From NCBI GenBank assembly GCA_050249615.1, contig JBFWQE010000009.1, forward strand, positions 107 to 64,106: 64,000 nt of DNA, given 5' to 3'. Below the pieces are notes generated by a model. That model was not told where the DNA came from, ran no database searches, and saw nothing but the letters and a program-made list of their open reading frames with translations. This stretch comes from Vicinamibacterales bacterium (GTDB taxonomy: Bacteria; Acidobacteriota; Vicinamibacteria; Vicinamibacterales; UBA2999). Below are positions 9,169 to 17,646 of this stretch, in pieces (the stretch's first letter is position 1; every line of letters starts with the position of its first letter). The position numbers were made by a program, and so were the translations under genes.

Positions 9169-9360
9169 TGACGATTGCCGATTGCCGATTGCCGATTCAT
9201 TGGGTGATTGAGGATTGGCTATTGGACCATTCGATTGGGTGATGGGAAGGATTGGCGATCGGGGTATTCCGCGTGTGAATCGCGCAATCAGGATGCCCCG
9301 ATGACGCAATCGCCACTCACCCAATGAATCGCCAATCGCCAATCACCAATCGCCAATGGG
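9169..9360. repeat. Heptamer-phased array (GATTGCC / GATTGGC) with an inverted partner block (AATCGCC)
   Basis: 9171-9260 reads gattgcc x3, gattcat tgggtga ttgagga ttggcta ... gattggc. 9306-9356 reads caatcgccactcacccaatgaatcgcc aatcgcc aatcacc aatcgcc. The shared core GATTCATTGGGTGA occurs in inverted orientation. Confidence 0.85.
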
Positions 9361-9375
9361 CGCCGGAGGACGCGG

Positions 9376-11091
9376 TCAGCCGAGCTTCGCGCTGGCCGCG
9401 TCCTCTCGCAGGTCCTTGCGAAGGACCTTTCCCACCGGCGACTTCGGCAGCTCGTCGCGGAAGATCACCAGCTTCGGCACCTTGTAGGCCGTGAGCGACT
9501 CCCGGCAGTGGTCGCGAATCGCTTCCACCGTGAGCCCGCGATCCTTGCGGATCACGTACGCGACCACCCACTCGCCCGTGTCCTCGTCCGGCACGCCGAC
9601 GACGGCGCAGTCCTGCACTCCGGGGTGTGACGCGATGACCGCCTCGACCTCGTTCGGATAGACATTGAAGCCGCTCACCAGGATCATGTCCTTCTTTCGA
9701 TCCACGATGAAGATGTACCCGTCCTCGTCCATGCGGGCGATGTCGCCCGTGTAGAACCAGCCGTCCCGGATCGCGCGCGCGGTTTCGTCCGGGCGCTGCC
9801 AGTAGCCCGGCATCACCTGCGGCCCCTTCACGAGGAGCTCTCCCGCCTCTCCTCGAGCGACGTCGCGCCCCTCGTCGTCAACGATGCGCACGTCGGTGCC
9901 AGGGAGAGGCACGCCGATGGACGCCGGTTTCACGCGGTGGAACGGGTTCAGCGTGACCACTGGCGAGGTCTCGGTGAGACCGTAGCCCTGGTAGATGGGC
10001 GTCCTGGTCACCTGCTCCCAGCGCTCGCCGACCGCCGGCACCAGGGCCATGCCGCCCGCGACCGATCCACGAAAACTCCACGACGGCTTCTTCAGGAACC
10101 ACTCCTCGTGCATCAGGCCGGCAAAGAGCGTATTCACGCCGGTGAACCACGTGATGGGCTCGGTTTCCATCACCGTCCGCAGGTTGCTGAGCGGACGCGG
10201 GCTGGGCGCGAGGATGTCCCGCCCGCCCGTCACCCAGAACAGCATCAGGTTCGCCGTGAAGGCGAAGATGTGGTACAGCGGCAGCGCCGTGAGCATCACT
10301 TCCTCGCCGATGCGCAACCACGGCTGCCACACCTGCACGCACTGCTCGATGTTGGCCAGGAGGTTCCCGTGCGTGAGCATCGCGCCCTTGGCCACCCCCG
10401 TCGTTCCCCCCGTGTATTGGAGGGCGGCCACCGTGTCGTGCGTGAGCGGCTTCGCATAGACCTGCGGATCGGCTCCTGCGGACATCCGCGTCGCCCCTTC
10501 GGCCAGCGCGCGCCGGAAGCCGACATGCCCGAACGTGACGGGCGGGATCATCCTCTTCACGTACTTCTGGACGGCCCACACGACGGCGCGCTTGAGCGGC
10601 GGGAGGAGGTCGGCGATCGACACCACGACGACCGTGCGGATCGAGGTCTTCGGCAGCGCCTCGGCCACCTTTGGCGCGAAGAGGTCGATGGTGACGAGGC
10701 CGACCGAGCCGCTGTCGGCGAACTGGTGCGCCATCTCGGTCGGCGTGTAGAGCGGGTTGGTGTTGGCCATCACCACGCCCGCCTTGAGCGCGCCGAACAC
10801 CACCACCGGGTACGCCAGGCAGTTCGGCATCTGGATGGACAGCCGATCGCCGGGCTGGAAGCCGGCGACTTCGCGCAGATACACCGCGAAGCGGTCCGAC
10901 AGCGCGTCCACCTCGGCAAAGGTCAGTCCGCCCTGCGATCCGTTGGGCAGGCCCAGCGTGAAGGCCGTCTTCGGCCCGAAGGCCGCCGCCGAGGCCCGGA
11001 TGAGGGCGGGCAGATGCGCGTGCGCCAGCGGCGGAAGATCACGCGCGGTCTGCGGATGATAGAACTCGGTCCACGGGCGGAGCGACGACAC
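9376..11091 (-). CDS. fadD: Long-chain fatty acid-CoA ligase (AMP-forming)
   Basis: 571 aa with the AMP-binding motif LQYTGGTTGVAKGAMLTHGN, plus YGLTETSP and GDIARMDEDGYIFIVDRKKD. Confidence 0.9.
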   Translation of the reverse strand: MSSLRPWTEFYHPQTARDLPPLAHAHLPALIRASAAAFGPKTAFTLGLPNGSQGGLTFAEVDALSDRFAVYLREVAGFQPGDRLSIQMPNCLAYPVVVFGALKAGVVMANTNPLYTPTEMAHQFADSGSVGLVTIDLFAPKVAEALPKTSIRTVVVVSIADLLPPLKRAVVWAVQKYVKRMIPPVTFGHVGFRRALAEGATRMSAGADPQVYAKPLTHDTVAALQYTGGTTGVAKGAMLTHGNLLANIEQCVQVWQPWLRIGEEVMLTALPLYHIFAFTANLMLFWVTGGRDILAPSPRPLSNLRTVMETEPITWFTGVNTLFAGLMHEEWFLKKPSWSFRGSVAGGMALVPAVGERWEQVTRTPIYQGYGLTETSPVVTLNPFHRVKPASIGVPLPGTDVRIVDDEGRDVARGEAGELLVKGPQVMPGYWQRPDETARAIRDGWFYTGDIARMDEDGYIFIVDRKKDMILVSGFNVYPNEVEAVIASHPGVQDCAVVGVPDEDTGEWVVAYVIRKDRGLTVEAIRDHCRESLTAYKVPKLVIFRDELPKSPVGKVLRKDLREDAASAKLG

Positions 11092-11173
11092 GGGGACAAC
11101 TTACAGGCGAGCGGCAGATGTGAAAAGCAAAAAGCACGGGAGGCGAGGCGCGGATCTTGCACAATAGGCAGCG

Positions 11174-12061
11174 ATGCTGTCCTGGTGCCGTGTCCTCGCC
11201 ATCCTGGCGGTCCTCTCCGCCGTGGCGACCGCCTGCAGCCGCGGCGCGGAGTCGCCCACCTCGCCCAGCCCGGGTGGCACGGGCACCGCCGTGAGCTACA
11301 CCGTGCTCGGGGCGAGCGACGGGATTGGGTATGGCAGCAGCGTCGCATGCGCGCCGCTCGACCTGGGCTGCGAGAACGGTACGGGGTACGCGCAGACGCT
11401 GCGACGGCGCCTGATGGCGGAGGGCGGCAGCGTGAACTACACGAACCTGTCGATCCCGGGCTACGTGCTGTCCGGCGCCATTGTCGACCTCGCCCGCCAG
11501 ACGGGCCGCAGCGATGCGCCCGGCGCCTTCCTCGATCGCTACCCTCCGTTCGTCCCGCCTTCCACCACCGTCGTGACCATCTTCGTGGGCGGCAACGACG
11601 CCAACATCATCGGCGCGGCGGTCAGCGCCGGACTGGGGGGCGGTGACGTGCGCGGCTTCATCGACAGCCAGATTCGTCAGTGGGGTAACGATCTTGTCGA
11701 GCTCGTGACCCGCGTCCGGGCGCGCGCCCCCAACGCCCGTATCGTCGCCTTCAACCTGCCCAACCTGGCCGGGGCCCCGTATCTCGCCGGCCGCAGCACG
11801 CTCGAGAAGAGCATCATGCAGCGCATTGCCACGGGGCTGGCGGACCAGGTGAACGCGCTCACGAACCGCAACGTGCTCATCGTGGACCTGATGTGCGACC
11901 CGCGCATCGTCCAGCCCTCGAGCTTCTCGGGCGACGGCTTCCATCCCAGCGATGCCGGCTACGCGCTGATGGCGGAACTGGCTTACCCGGCGGTGGTCCA
12001 CGGCACGGCCAGCCTGCCTGCGCCCTCCTGCCCCGCGCGCACGCTCGTTCCCGCCTACTAG
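11174..12061 (+). CDS. SGNH/GDSL hydrolase lipoprotein
   Basis: Lipobox LSAVATAC, GDSL-like block VLGASDGIGYG, GGND block IFVGGNDAN and C-terminal DGFHPS. Confidence 0.8.
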   Translation: MLSWCRVLAILAVLSAVATACSRGAESPTSPSPGGTGTAVSYTVLGASDGIGYGSSVACAPLDLGCENGTGYAQTLRRRLMAEGGSVNYTNLSIPGYVLSGAIVDLARQTGRSDAPGAFLDRYPPFVPPSTTVVTIFVGGNDANIIGAAVSAGLGGGDVRGFIDSQIRQWGNDLVELVTRVRARAPNARIVAFNLPNLAGAPYLAGRSTLEKSIMQRIATGLADQVNALTNRNVLIVDLMCDPRIVQPSSFSGDGFHPSDAGYALMAELAYPAVVHGTASLPAPSCPARTLVPAY

Positions 12062-12361
12062 CCCTGTCCCGGAACCCGAGATGGCAAGGCGGGAGTCCCA
12101 CGCCCAAGTGTTTTGCTTTTTGTTCGCGCCAGGCCGATGTTACTCAAGGAAGAGGTTGTGAAGATATGCAGTTTCTGCAACTTTCCGGTCTCATTTCGCC
12201 GATTTCAGCCTCATAACGTCGACATGTGACATTCCAACTTGCAGATTGATGAATCTTTCGTGCATACTTTGCACTTCTCAGCCGTAACGAATCCCGTGGC
12301 GGGTCGCACCCCCCGGCCGCGGACGGCCATCATCGCGGGTGCAGCAGGGGGCAGGCACATC

Positions 12362-14563
12362 ATGGGTTCCGCAGCACTGGGCGAAGCGGTCAAAGGCATC
12401 AATGCGTGGGCAATGGAAGGCAGCCGGCAGCTGAAGCCTCCAGTCCACGTCGGTGAAGTGTTCGGCGCCCTGGCGTTCACCGACAAGGTGCAGCAGGCCC
12501 GCCTGCCCAAGCCCGTCTACAAGTCGCTGCGCGACACCATCACCCGCGGCCAGGCGCTGGACATCTCCACGGCCGACGCCATTGCGACGGCGCTGAAGGA
12601 CTGGGCCGTCGAGCACGGCGCGTCGCACTTCACGCACTGGTTCCAGCCGATGACGGGCATCACGGCCGAGAAGCACGACAGCTTCTTCAACCCGACGAAC
12701 GACGGCCGGGCGCTGGCCGAGTTCAGCGGCAAGGAGCTGGTGCGTGGCGAGCCGGACGCGTCGAGCTTCCCGTCGGGCGGCATGCGCAGCACGTTCGAGG
12801 CCCGCGGCTACACCGCCTGGGATCCCACGAGCGCGCCCTGGCTGCTGATGAACGGCAACAGCGCGACGCTGGTCATCCCCACGGCGTTCGTCAGCTGGAC
12901 CGGGGAGGCGCTGGACAAGAAGACGCCGCTGCTCCGCTCGATGGAGGCGCTGTCGGCGCAGGCCGTGCGCGTGCTGAAGCTGTTCGGCTCGCACGCGACG
13001 CGGGTTACCCCCACCTGCGGGCCCGAGCAGGAGTACTTCCTCATCGACCGCAACTTCTATTTCGCGCGGCCGGATCTCATCAACGCGGGCCGCACCCTCT
13101 TCGGCGCGCGCCCGCCCAAGGGCCAGGAGCTGGAGGATCAGTACTTCGGGTCGATTCCCGAGCGCGTGCTGGCCTGCATGGCCGAGGTCGAGGCCGAGCT
13201 CTACCGCGTGGGCGTGCCCATCAAGACGCGCCACAACGAGGTGGCCCCGTCGCAGTACGAGGTCGCGCCGATGTTCGAGAGCGCCAACGTCGCCACCGAT
13301 CACCAGATGATGACGATGGAGACGCTGAAGCGCGTGGCGCCGCGCTACGGGCTGGCGTGCCTGATCCACGAGAAGCCGTTCGCGGGCATGAACGGATCGG
13401 GCAAGCACGTGAACTGGAGCATGAGCGACGACCTGGGCAACAACCTGCTGAACCCGGGTGACACACCGCACGACAACATGCAGTTCCTGTTCTTCTGCAC
13501 GGCGGTCATCCGCGCCGTGGACACCTTCCAGGGGCTGCTCCGGATGTCGGTCGCCCACGCCGGCAACGATCACCGCCTCGGGGCCAACGAGGCGCCGCCG
13601 GCCATCCTGTCGGTGTTCCTCGGCGACATGCTCACCGACATCTTCGAGCAGATCGAGAAGGGCGGGGCCAAGAGCACCAAGCACGGCGGCCTGCTCGACA
13701 TCGGCGTCTCGGTGCTGCCCAAGCTGCCCCGCGACGCCGGGGATCGCAACCGCACGTCCCCCTTCGCCTTCACGGGCAACAAGTTCGAGTTCCGCGCGGT
13801 GGGCTCCACCCAGAACGTGGCGTTCCCGACGACGTGCCTCAACGTGGCCGTCGCCGAGTCGCTGGATGCGATGGCCACCGAACTGGAGAAGATGCTCGCC
13901 GGCGGCAAGGGCAAGGCCGCCAGCCGGAAGGAGGCGTTCAACGACGCCATGGCGGCGCTGCTCAAGAAGACCGTCAAGCAGCACAAGCGGGTCATCTTCA
14001 ACGGCAACGGCTACTCGGAGGCATGGCAGAAGGAGGCCGCCAACCGGGGCCTGCTGAACCTGAAGAACACCGTGGACGCGTTGCCGCAGATCGTGCAGCC
14101 CGCCGTCGTGAAGGTCTTCGAGAAGTTCAAGGTGCTCAACGAGCGCGAGCTCCGCGCGCGCTACGAGATCAACCTCGAGAACTACAGCAAGACGATCAAC
14201 GTGGAAGGGCAGCTGATGGTGCTGATGGCCAACCGCTACATCCTTCCCGCCGGCCTCGAGTACCAGAAGCGCGTCGGCGAGAGCGTGGCCGCGGCCAAGG
14301 CGGGCGGCGTGCCGAGCAAGGAAGGCGCGAAGCACCTGGCGAAGGTCGTCGGCCTGGTGGACCGCTTCCGCGCGCAGACGGAGAGCCTGGCCCACGCCCT
14401 CGAGCACAACGGCGGCTCGCCCGAGCACCACGCCAAGTACATGCGCGACACGATCGTCCCCGCGATGGCCGCGCTCCGCGATCTCGGGGATCGGCTCGAG
14501 GTGGTCATCCCCCACGAGCTCTACCCGATGCCGACATATCGGGAGATGCTGTTCGTCAAGTAG
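12362..14563 (+). CDS. glnN: Glutamine synthetase type III
   Basis: 733 aa from Met42 of the track ORF. Full-length GSIII-like sequence ([42 protein letters not shown]). Confidence 0.9.
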   Translation: MGSAALGEAVKGINAWAMEGSRQLKPPVHVGEVFGALAFTDKVQQARLPKPVYKSLRDTITRGQALDISTADAIATALKDWAVEHGASHFTHWFQPMTGITAEKHDSFFNPTNDGRALAEFSGKELVRGEPDASSFPSGGMRSTFEARGYTAWDPTSAPWLLMNGNSATLVIPTAFVSWTGEALDKKTPLLRSMEALSAQAVRVLKLFGSHATRVTPTCGPEQEYFLIDRNFYFARPDLINAGRTLFGARPPKGQELEDQYFGSIPERVLACMAEVEAELYRVGVPIKTRHNEVAPSQYEVAPMFESANVATDHQMMTMETLKRVAPRYGLACLIHEKPFAGMNGSGKHVNWSMSDDLGNNLLNPGDTPHDNMQFLFFCTAVIRAVDTFQGLLRMSVAHAGNDHRLGANEAPPAILSVFLGDMLTDIFEQIEKGGAKSTKHGGLLDIGVSVLPKLPRDAGDRNRTSPFAFTGNKFEFRAVGSTQNVAFPTTCLNVAVAESLDAMATELEKMLAGGKGKAASRKEAFNDAMAALLKKTVKQHKRVIFNGNGYSEAWQKEAANRGLLNLKNTVDALPQIVQPAVVKVFEKFKVLNERELRARYEINLENYSKTINVEGQLMVLMANRYILPAGLEYQKRVGESVAAAKAGGVPSKEGAKHLAKVVGLVDRFRAQTESLAHALEHNGGSPEHHAKYMRDTIVPAMAALRDLGDRLEVVIPHELYPMPTYREMLFVK

Positions 14564-14627
14564 GTATTCTGGGGTTCTCGGGTTCTCGGGTTCTCGGGTT
14601 CTCGGGTTCTCGGGTTCTCGAGTTCTC
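14564..14627 (+). repeat. Octamer tandem array (GGGTTCTC x7) directly after the glnN stop
   Basis: Units at 14572, 14580, 14588, 14596, 14604 and 14612 are perfect; 14620 is gagttctc. One degenerate unit precedes them. Confidence 0.95.
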
Positions 14628-14640
14628 GACGTGCTCACAC

Positions 14641-14676
14641 GCCCGCCGCCCGCGTTCGACGAACGCGGCGGCGGGC
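14641..14676 (+). terminator. Intrinsic-terminator-like hairpin after glnN and its repeat array
   Basis: GCCCGCCGCCCGCGTTC-gac-GAACGCGGCGGCGGGC forms a 17-bp stem with one bulged C, followed by atcgTTTaT. Confidence 0.55.
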
Positions 14677-14714
14677 ATCGTTTATGATCGGACGAGCGCC
14701 TGCTCCAGACCGAC

Positions 14715-15161
14715 ATGACCCGACGACACCTGCTCGCCTCGCTCGCCACCTTGTCTCTCGTTGCTTCGACTGCCTGCGGGGGCGGGAACGACACTCCGAC
14801 CGCGCCGTCCCTGCCGCCAACGGGCACGGCGCCATTCAGCATCACGGACCTGCGCCCCGGTACGGGCGCGGTCGCGGTCGCCGGCCAGGACGTCACGGTC
14901 AACTACACCGGGTGGCTCTACAGCAATACGGCGGCCGAGAACAAAGGGTCGCAGTTCGACGCGAACCGAAACATGCGCTTCCGGCTCGGCGCGAACGTCA
15001 TCGCGGGATGGAGCCAGGGCATCCCCGGCATGCGGGTGGGCGGACTCCGCCGCCTCGTCATCCCGCCGGAGCTCGCCTACGGAAGCTCGACGCCGGACCC
15101 GTCGAGGATTCCTCCCAACGCCACGCTGCTCTTCGAAGTCGAGCTCGTGTCCGTGCCTTAG
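14715..15161 (+). CDS. FKBP-type peptidyl-prolyl cis-trans isomerase lipoprotein
   Basis: Lipobox LVASTAC and an FKBP domain (VTVNYTGWL, FRLGANVIAGWSQGIPGMRVGGLRRLVIPPELAYG, LLFEVELVSV). Confidence 0.9.
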   Translation: MTRRHLLASLATLSLVASTACGGGNDTPTAPSLPPTGTAPFSITDLRPGTGAVAVAGQDVTVNYTGWLYSNTAAENKGSQFDANRNMRFRLGANVIAGWSQGIPGMRVGGLRRLVIPPELAYGSSTPDPSRIPPNATLLFEVELVSVP

Positions 15162-15163
15162 CA

Positions 15164-15243
15164 GGGTTCTCAGGTTCTCAGGTTCTCAGGTTCTCGGGTT
15201 CTCAGGTTCTCGGGTTCTCGGGTTCGCGGGTTCGCAGGTTCCG
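15164..15243 (+). repeat. Octamer tandem array (RGGTTCTC x10) filling a convergent spacer
   Basis: Ten phased 8-mers lie between the FKBP stop (15159-15161) and the stop of the minus-strand gene (15247-15249). Confidence 0.95.
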
Positions 15244-15246
15244 CCG

Positions 15247-17616
15247 TCAGCGGCTGACCTCGAGTCCCGTCACCTTCAGGGCGAGGCGCCGCGTGTCCGT
15301 GCCGCCGGTATCCGACGGCCGCACGGCGCGTGAGGTGTGCCACCAGAGCTCGTTGGTGCCTTCGAGCCACACCGCGGCCGGCACCGTCCACGTGTACCGA
15401 CGCACTCCGCCCTCCATCGCGCGTGTGCCGACATCGATGCCATTCACGCGCAGCGTCACCGTAACCGCCTCACCCTCCTGCGCGCGCCCTCGCTTTCCTC
15501 CCCCTCGTTCATCTGTGTCATCTGCACTATCTGCGGCATCTGCGGCCCCTGCGCCATCTGCGCCATCTGCGGCCCCTGCGCCATGTGTGCCATCTGCGCC
15601 ATCTGCGCCATCTGCGGCCCCTGCGCCATCTGCGTCTACCCCTTCGGCGTGCAGGGCGATCTCCACGCCCATCCCGCCCATCGATGGCACCAGGACCACG
15701 GCATCGGTGTCGGCCCAGCGGTACATCAACGTGCCCTCGCGCTGGAGACCGTACCAGCCGGTGCCGAACACGGTCGCGTCGCCGAGCGAGATCGGCTCGA
15801 TGACCGTGCCGCCGCCGAGGAGCGCCTCGCGTCCGACAGGCGCGGCGCAGATGCGCCCGCGCGCCGTCTCGTCCATCCCTGCGAGCCGGGCAATCACACG
15901 CGGTGCGCGGCGGCCGAGCTGCACGGACAGCAACGAGGCACGCGCCGCTTGCGCTGGCAGGCGCACACGCTCGATCACGTGCGGACCGTCTTCAGGAAGG
16001 CCGCCGTCGAACCAGTAGTCCGGAGGCGGCGCGGCAACGCCAGGGCCGCTCAGCAGCGGCTCGATGGTCACCGCCGAGGCGCGGCCATCCGCGGACTCCA
16101 CGCTGATCTGCAGCGGCAGCGTGTCGCCAACGATCAGCTGCAGCTCACCGCCCACCGCGGCGGGCACCTCGATGCCGAGGCGGCCCGTGTACTCCACGCC
16201 AGGCAGCTGGCTCCATCGATCACCGAGCACCGCGACGCACCGAAGGGCCGATGTGGCCGACGACATCACGAAGGGCGCGGGGTCGGTGATCGTGAAGAGG
16301 CGCCTGAAGGTGACGCCCGCCAGCTCGAGGTGCCGCCGACCGACGGGGCCGGCCAGCACGGTGCGGCCCTCGGCGATGGCCGCCGCAACTGCGGGCCCCT
16401 CTTGCGCGGCACGCGCCGTGTCCGCGCGGCGGAGCCCCCAGGCGACCAGCGCGGAGTCGAGGCGCGTGTCCTCCGCCACCATGACGATGCGCCCGGACAC
16501 CTCTTCGCGGAGCGCGCGTTCCAGCGCACCTCGAAAGCCGCGGGCGTCCTGCCCGACCAGGGGACGCCACCCCGCCACCACGGTCTCCATCACGAGAACC
16601 GCGCCGATCGCGATGGTGGCCACGGGCGACAGATGTTCGTGCCGCACCTGCTGCGCCGCCCAGGTCAGCCCGACGGCCGCAAGCGGCGTCAGCGCCCAGG
16701 CCCCGAACCGGAGCACATCGGATTGCCACTCCGGCCAGCCCGCCAACACTGCCGCCGCCAGCAGCACCGACAGGATGACGGCGCGGCGCCACCATCGTTC
16801 GAGGCCGCCGAACGCCAGCGCGGCGGCGGAAAGGCCGACGGCCAGGAGCGACACGCCCGTGGTGAGACCGGGGGCCGCGTAGCTGCCCGAAGGCATCCAC
16901 GGGCGGGAATCGAACGCCACCGCCATGGCATCGCGGGCCGTGAGGAGGGCGTCGGGCGCGAAGGCGTGCGCCCCGGCAATCCGGGCCATCCCGTGGAAGT
17001 GCCCCACGAAGGCCAGGACGCCGACGGCAAGCGACGCCGCCGTCCAGGCGCCTCTCGCGGGTCGCTGCGGCGTGCGCCTGAGGGCCGCGAACACGATCGG
17101 CCACGCCACCACCGCAATCCAGTGGAACCAGGCCGCGCCCGCCCACAGCAGGATGGCGGCCAGCGGATTGAACCACGGCCGCGCCGGCGACACGCGCTGG
17201 TGCACGTCGAAGGCCGCGCCGGCTGCCAGCCACACCAGGCCCACGGCCACCGCGAGCGGGGCGGCGTGAGACAACGCCGCACCGAACGACGCATCGGCCA
17301 TGAGTGCCCCGACGACGATTACCGTGGCGAGCAGGCTCGCGCCGGCAAAAATGGCGACGCCCGTTGCGCCAATGGCGGCGACGAGCACTGCGATCAGGCG
17401 GCCCCAGCCCTGCGGCTCGCCGAGCCACGGCGCGTGCAGCACCGGCTCCAGCAGCACCAGCGCCGCCGGGTCCGTGGGGGCGTAGACGAGTTGATCGCCC
17501 AGCGGTGAGACTGGCGGCATCGACGCGCGCGGGTACGCGCTCCACCAGGCCCCCGCCACCAGCAGGCCCGCGAGCGCGGCGCGCATGAAGGGCCGAAGGG
17601 CGTGAAGCGCGGCCAT
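15247..17616 (-). CDS. Large polytopic membrane protein with C-terminal extracytoplasmic domain
   Basis: 789-aa part of artefactual track ORF 15247..19413, starting MAALHALRPF. About 12 hydrophobic segments precede a soluble C-terminal part. It carries an ADG-rich repeat insert. No family recognised. Confidence 0.6.
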   Translation of the reverse strand: MAALHALRPFMRAALAGLLVAGAWWSAYPRASMPPVSPLGDQLVYAPTDPAALVLLEPVLHAPWLGEPQGWGRLIAVLVAAIGATGVAIFAGASLLATVIVVGALMADASFGAALSHAAPLAVAVGLVWLAAGAAFDVHQRVSPARPWFNPLAAILLWAGAAWFHWIAVVAWPIVFAALRRTPQRPARGAWTAASLAVGVLAFVGHFHGMARIAGAHAFAPDALLTARDAMAVAFDSRPWMPSGSYAAPGLTTGVSLLAVGLSAAALAFGGLERWWRRAVILSVLLAAAVLAGWPEWQSDVLRFGAWALTPLAAVGLTWAAQQVRHEHLSPVATIAIGAVLVMETVVAGWRPLVGQDARGFRGALERALREEVSGRIVMVAEDTRLDSALVAWGLRRADTARAAQEGPAVAAAIAEGRTVLAGPVGRRHLELAGVTFRRLFTITDPAPFVMSSATSALRCVAVLGDRWSQLPGVEYTGRLGIEVPAAVGGELQLIVGDTLPLQISVESADGRASAVTIEPLLSGPGVAAPPPDYWFDGGLPEDGPHVIERVRLPAQAARASLLSVQLGRRAPRVIARLAGMDETARGRICAAPVGREALLGGGTVIEPISLGDATVFGTGWYGLQREGTLMYRWADTDAVVLVPSMGGMGVEIALHAEGVDADGAGAADGADGADGTHGAGAADGADGAGAADAADSADDTDERGGGKRGRAQEGEAVTVTLRVNGIDVGTRAMEGGVRRYTWTVPAAVWLEGTNELWWHTSRAVRPSDTGGTDTRRLALKVTGLEVSR
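15509..15634 (+). repeat. 14 tandem 9-mers (YCATCTGCG-like) inside the minus-strand membrane-protein gene
   Basis: The units were listed by hand: 126 nt, exactly 14 x 9. On the minus strand they encode the ADG/AGA-rich insert. Confidence 0.95.
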
Positions 17617-17646
17617 GATTCGGCGTATTCTACGCGCGCCTCGTCG

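Noticed and set aside
12080-12300. Sigma54 promoter for glnN (TGGCAA at 12083; TTGCA motifs at 12238 and 12269)
   Set aside because: In none of the candidates do a GG and a GC dinucleotide fall in the required 12-nt register.
14564-15243. Could the short tandem arrays (also at 29741-29788, 47924-47965 and 60597-60722) be CRISPR arrays?
   Set aside because: The units are 7-8 nt and directly abutting, with no unique spacers. No cas genes or leader are present. They are microsatellite-like arrays, not CRISPR.
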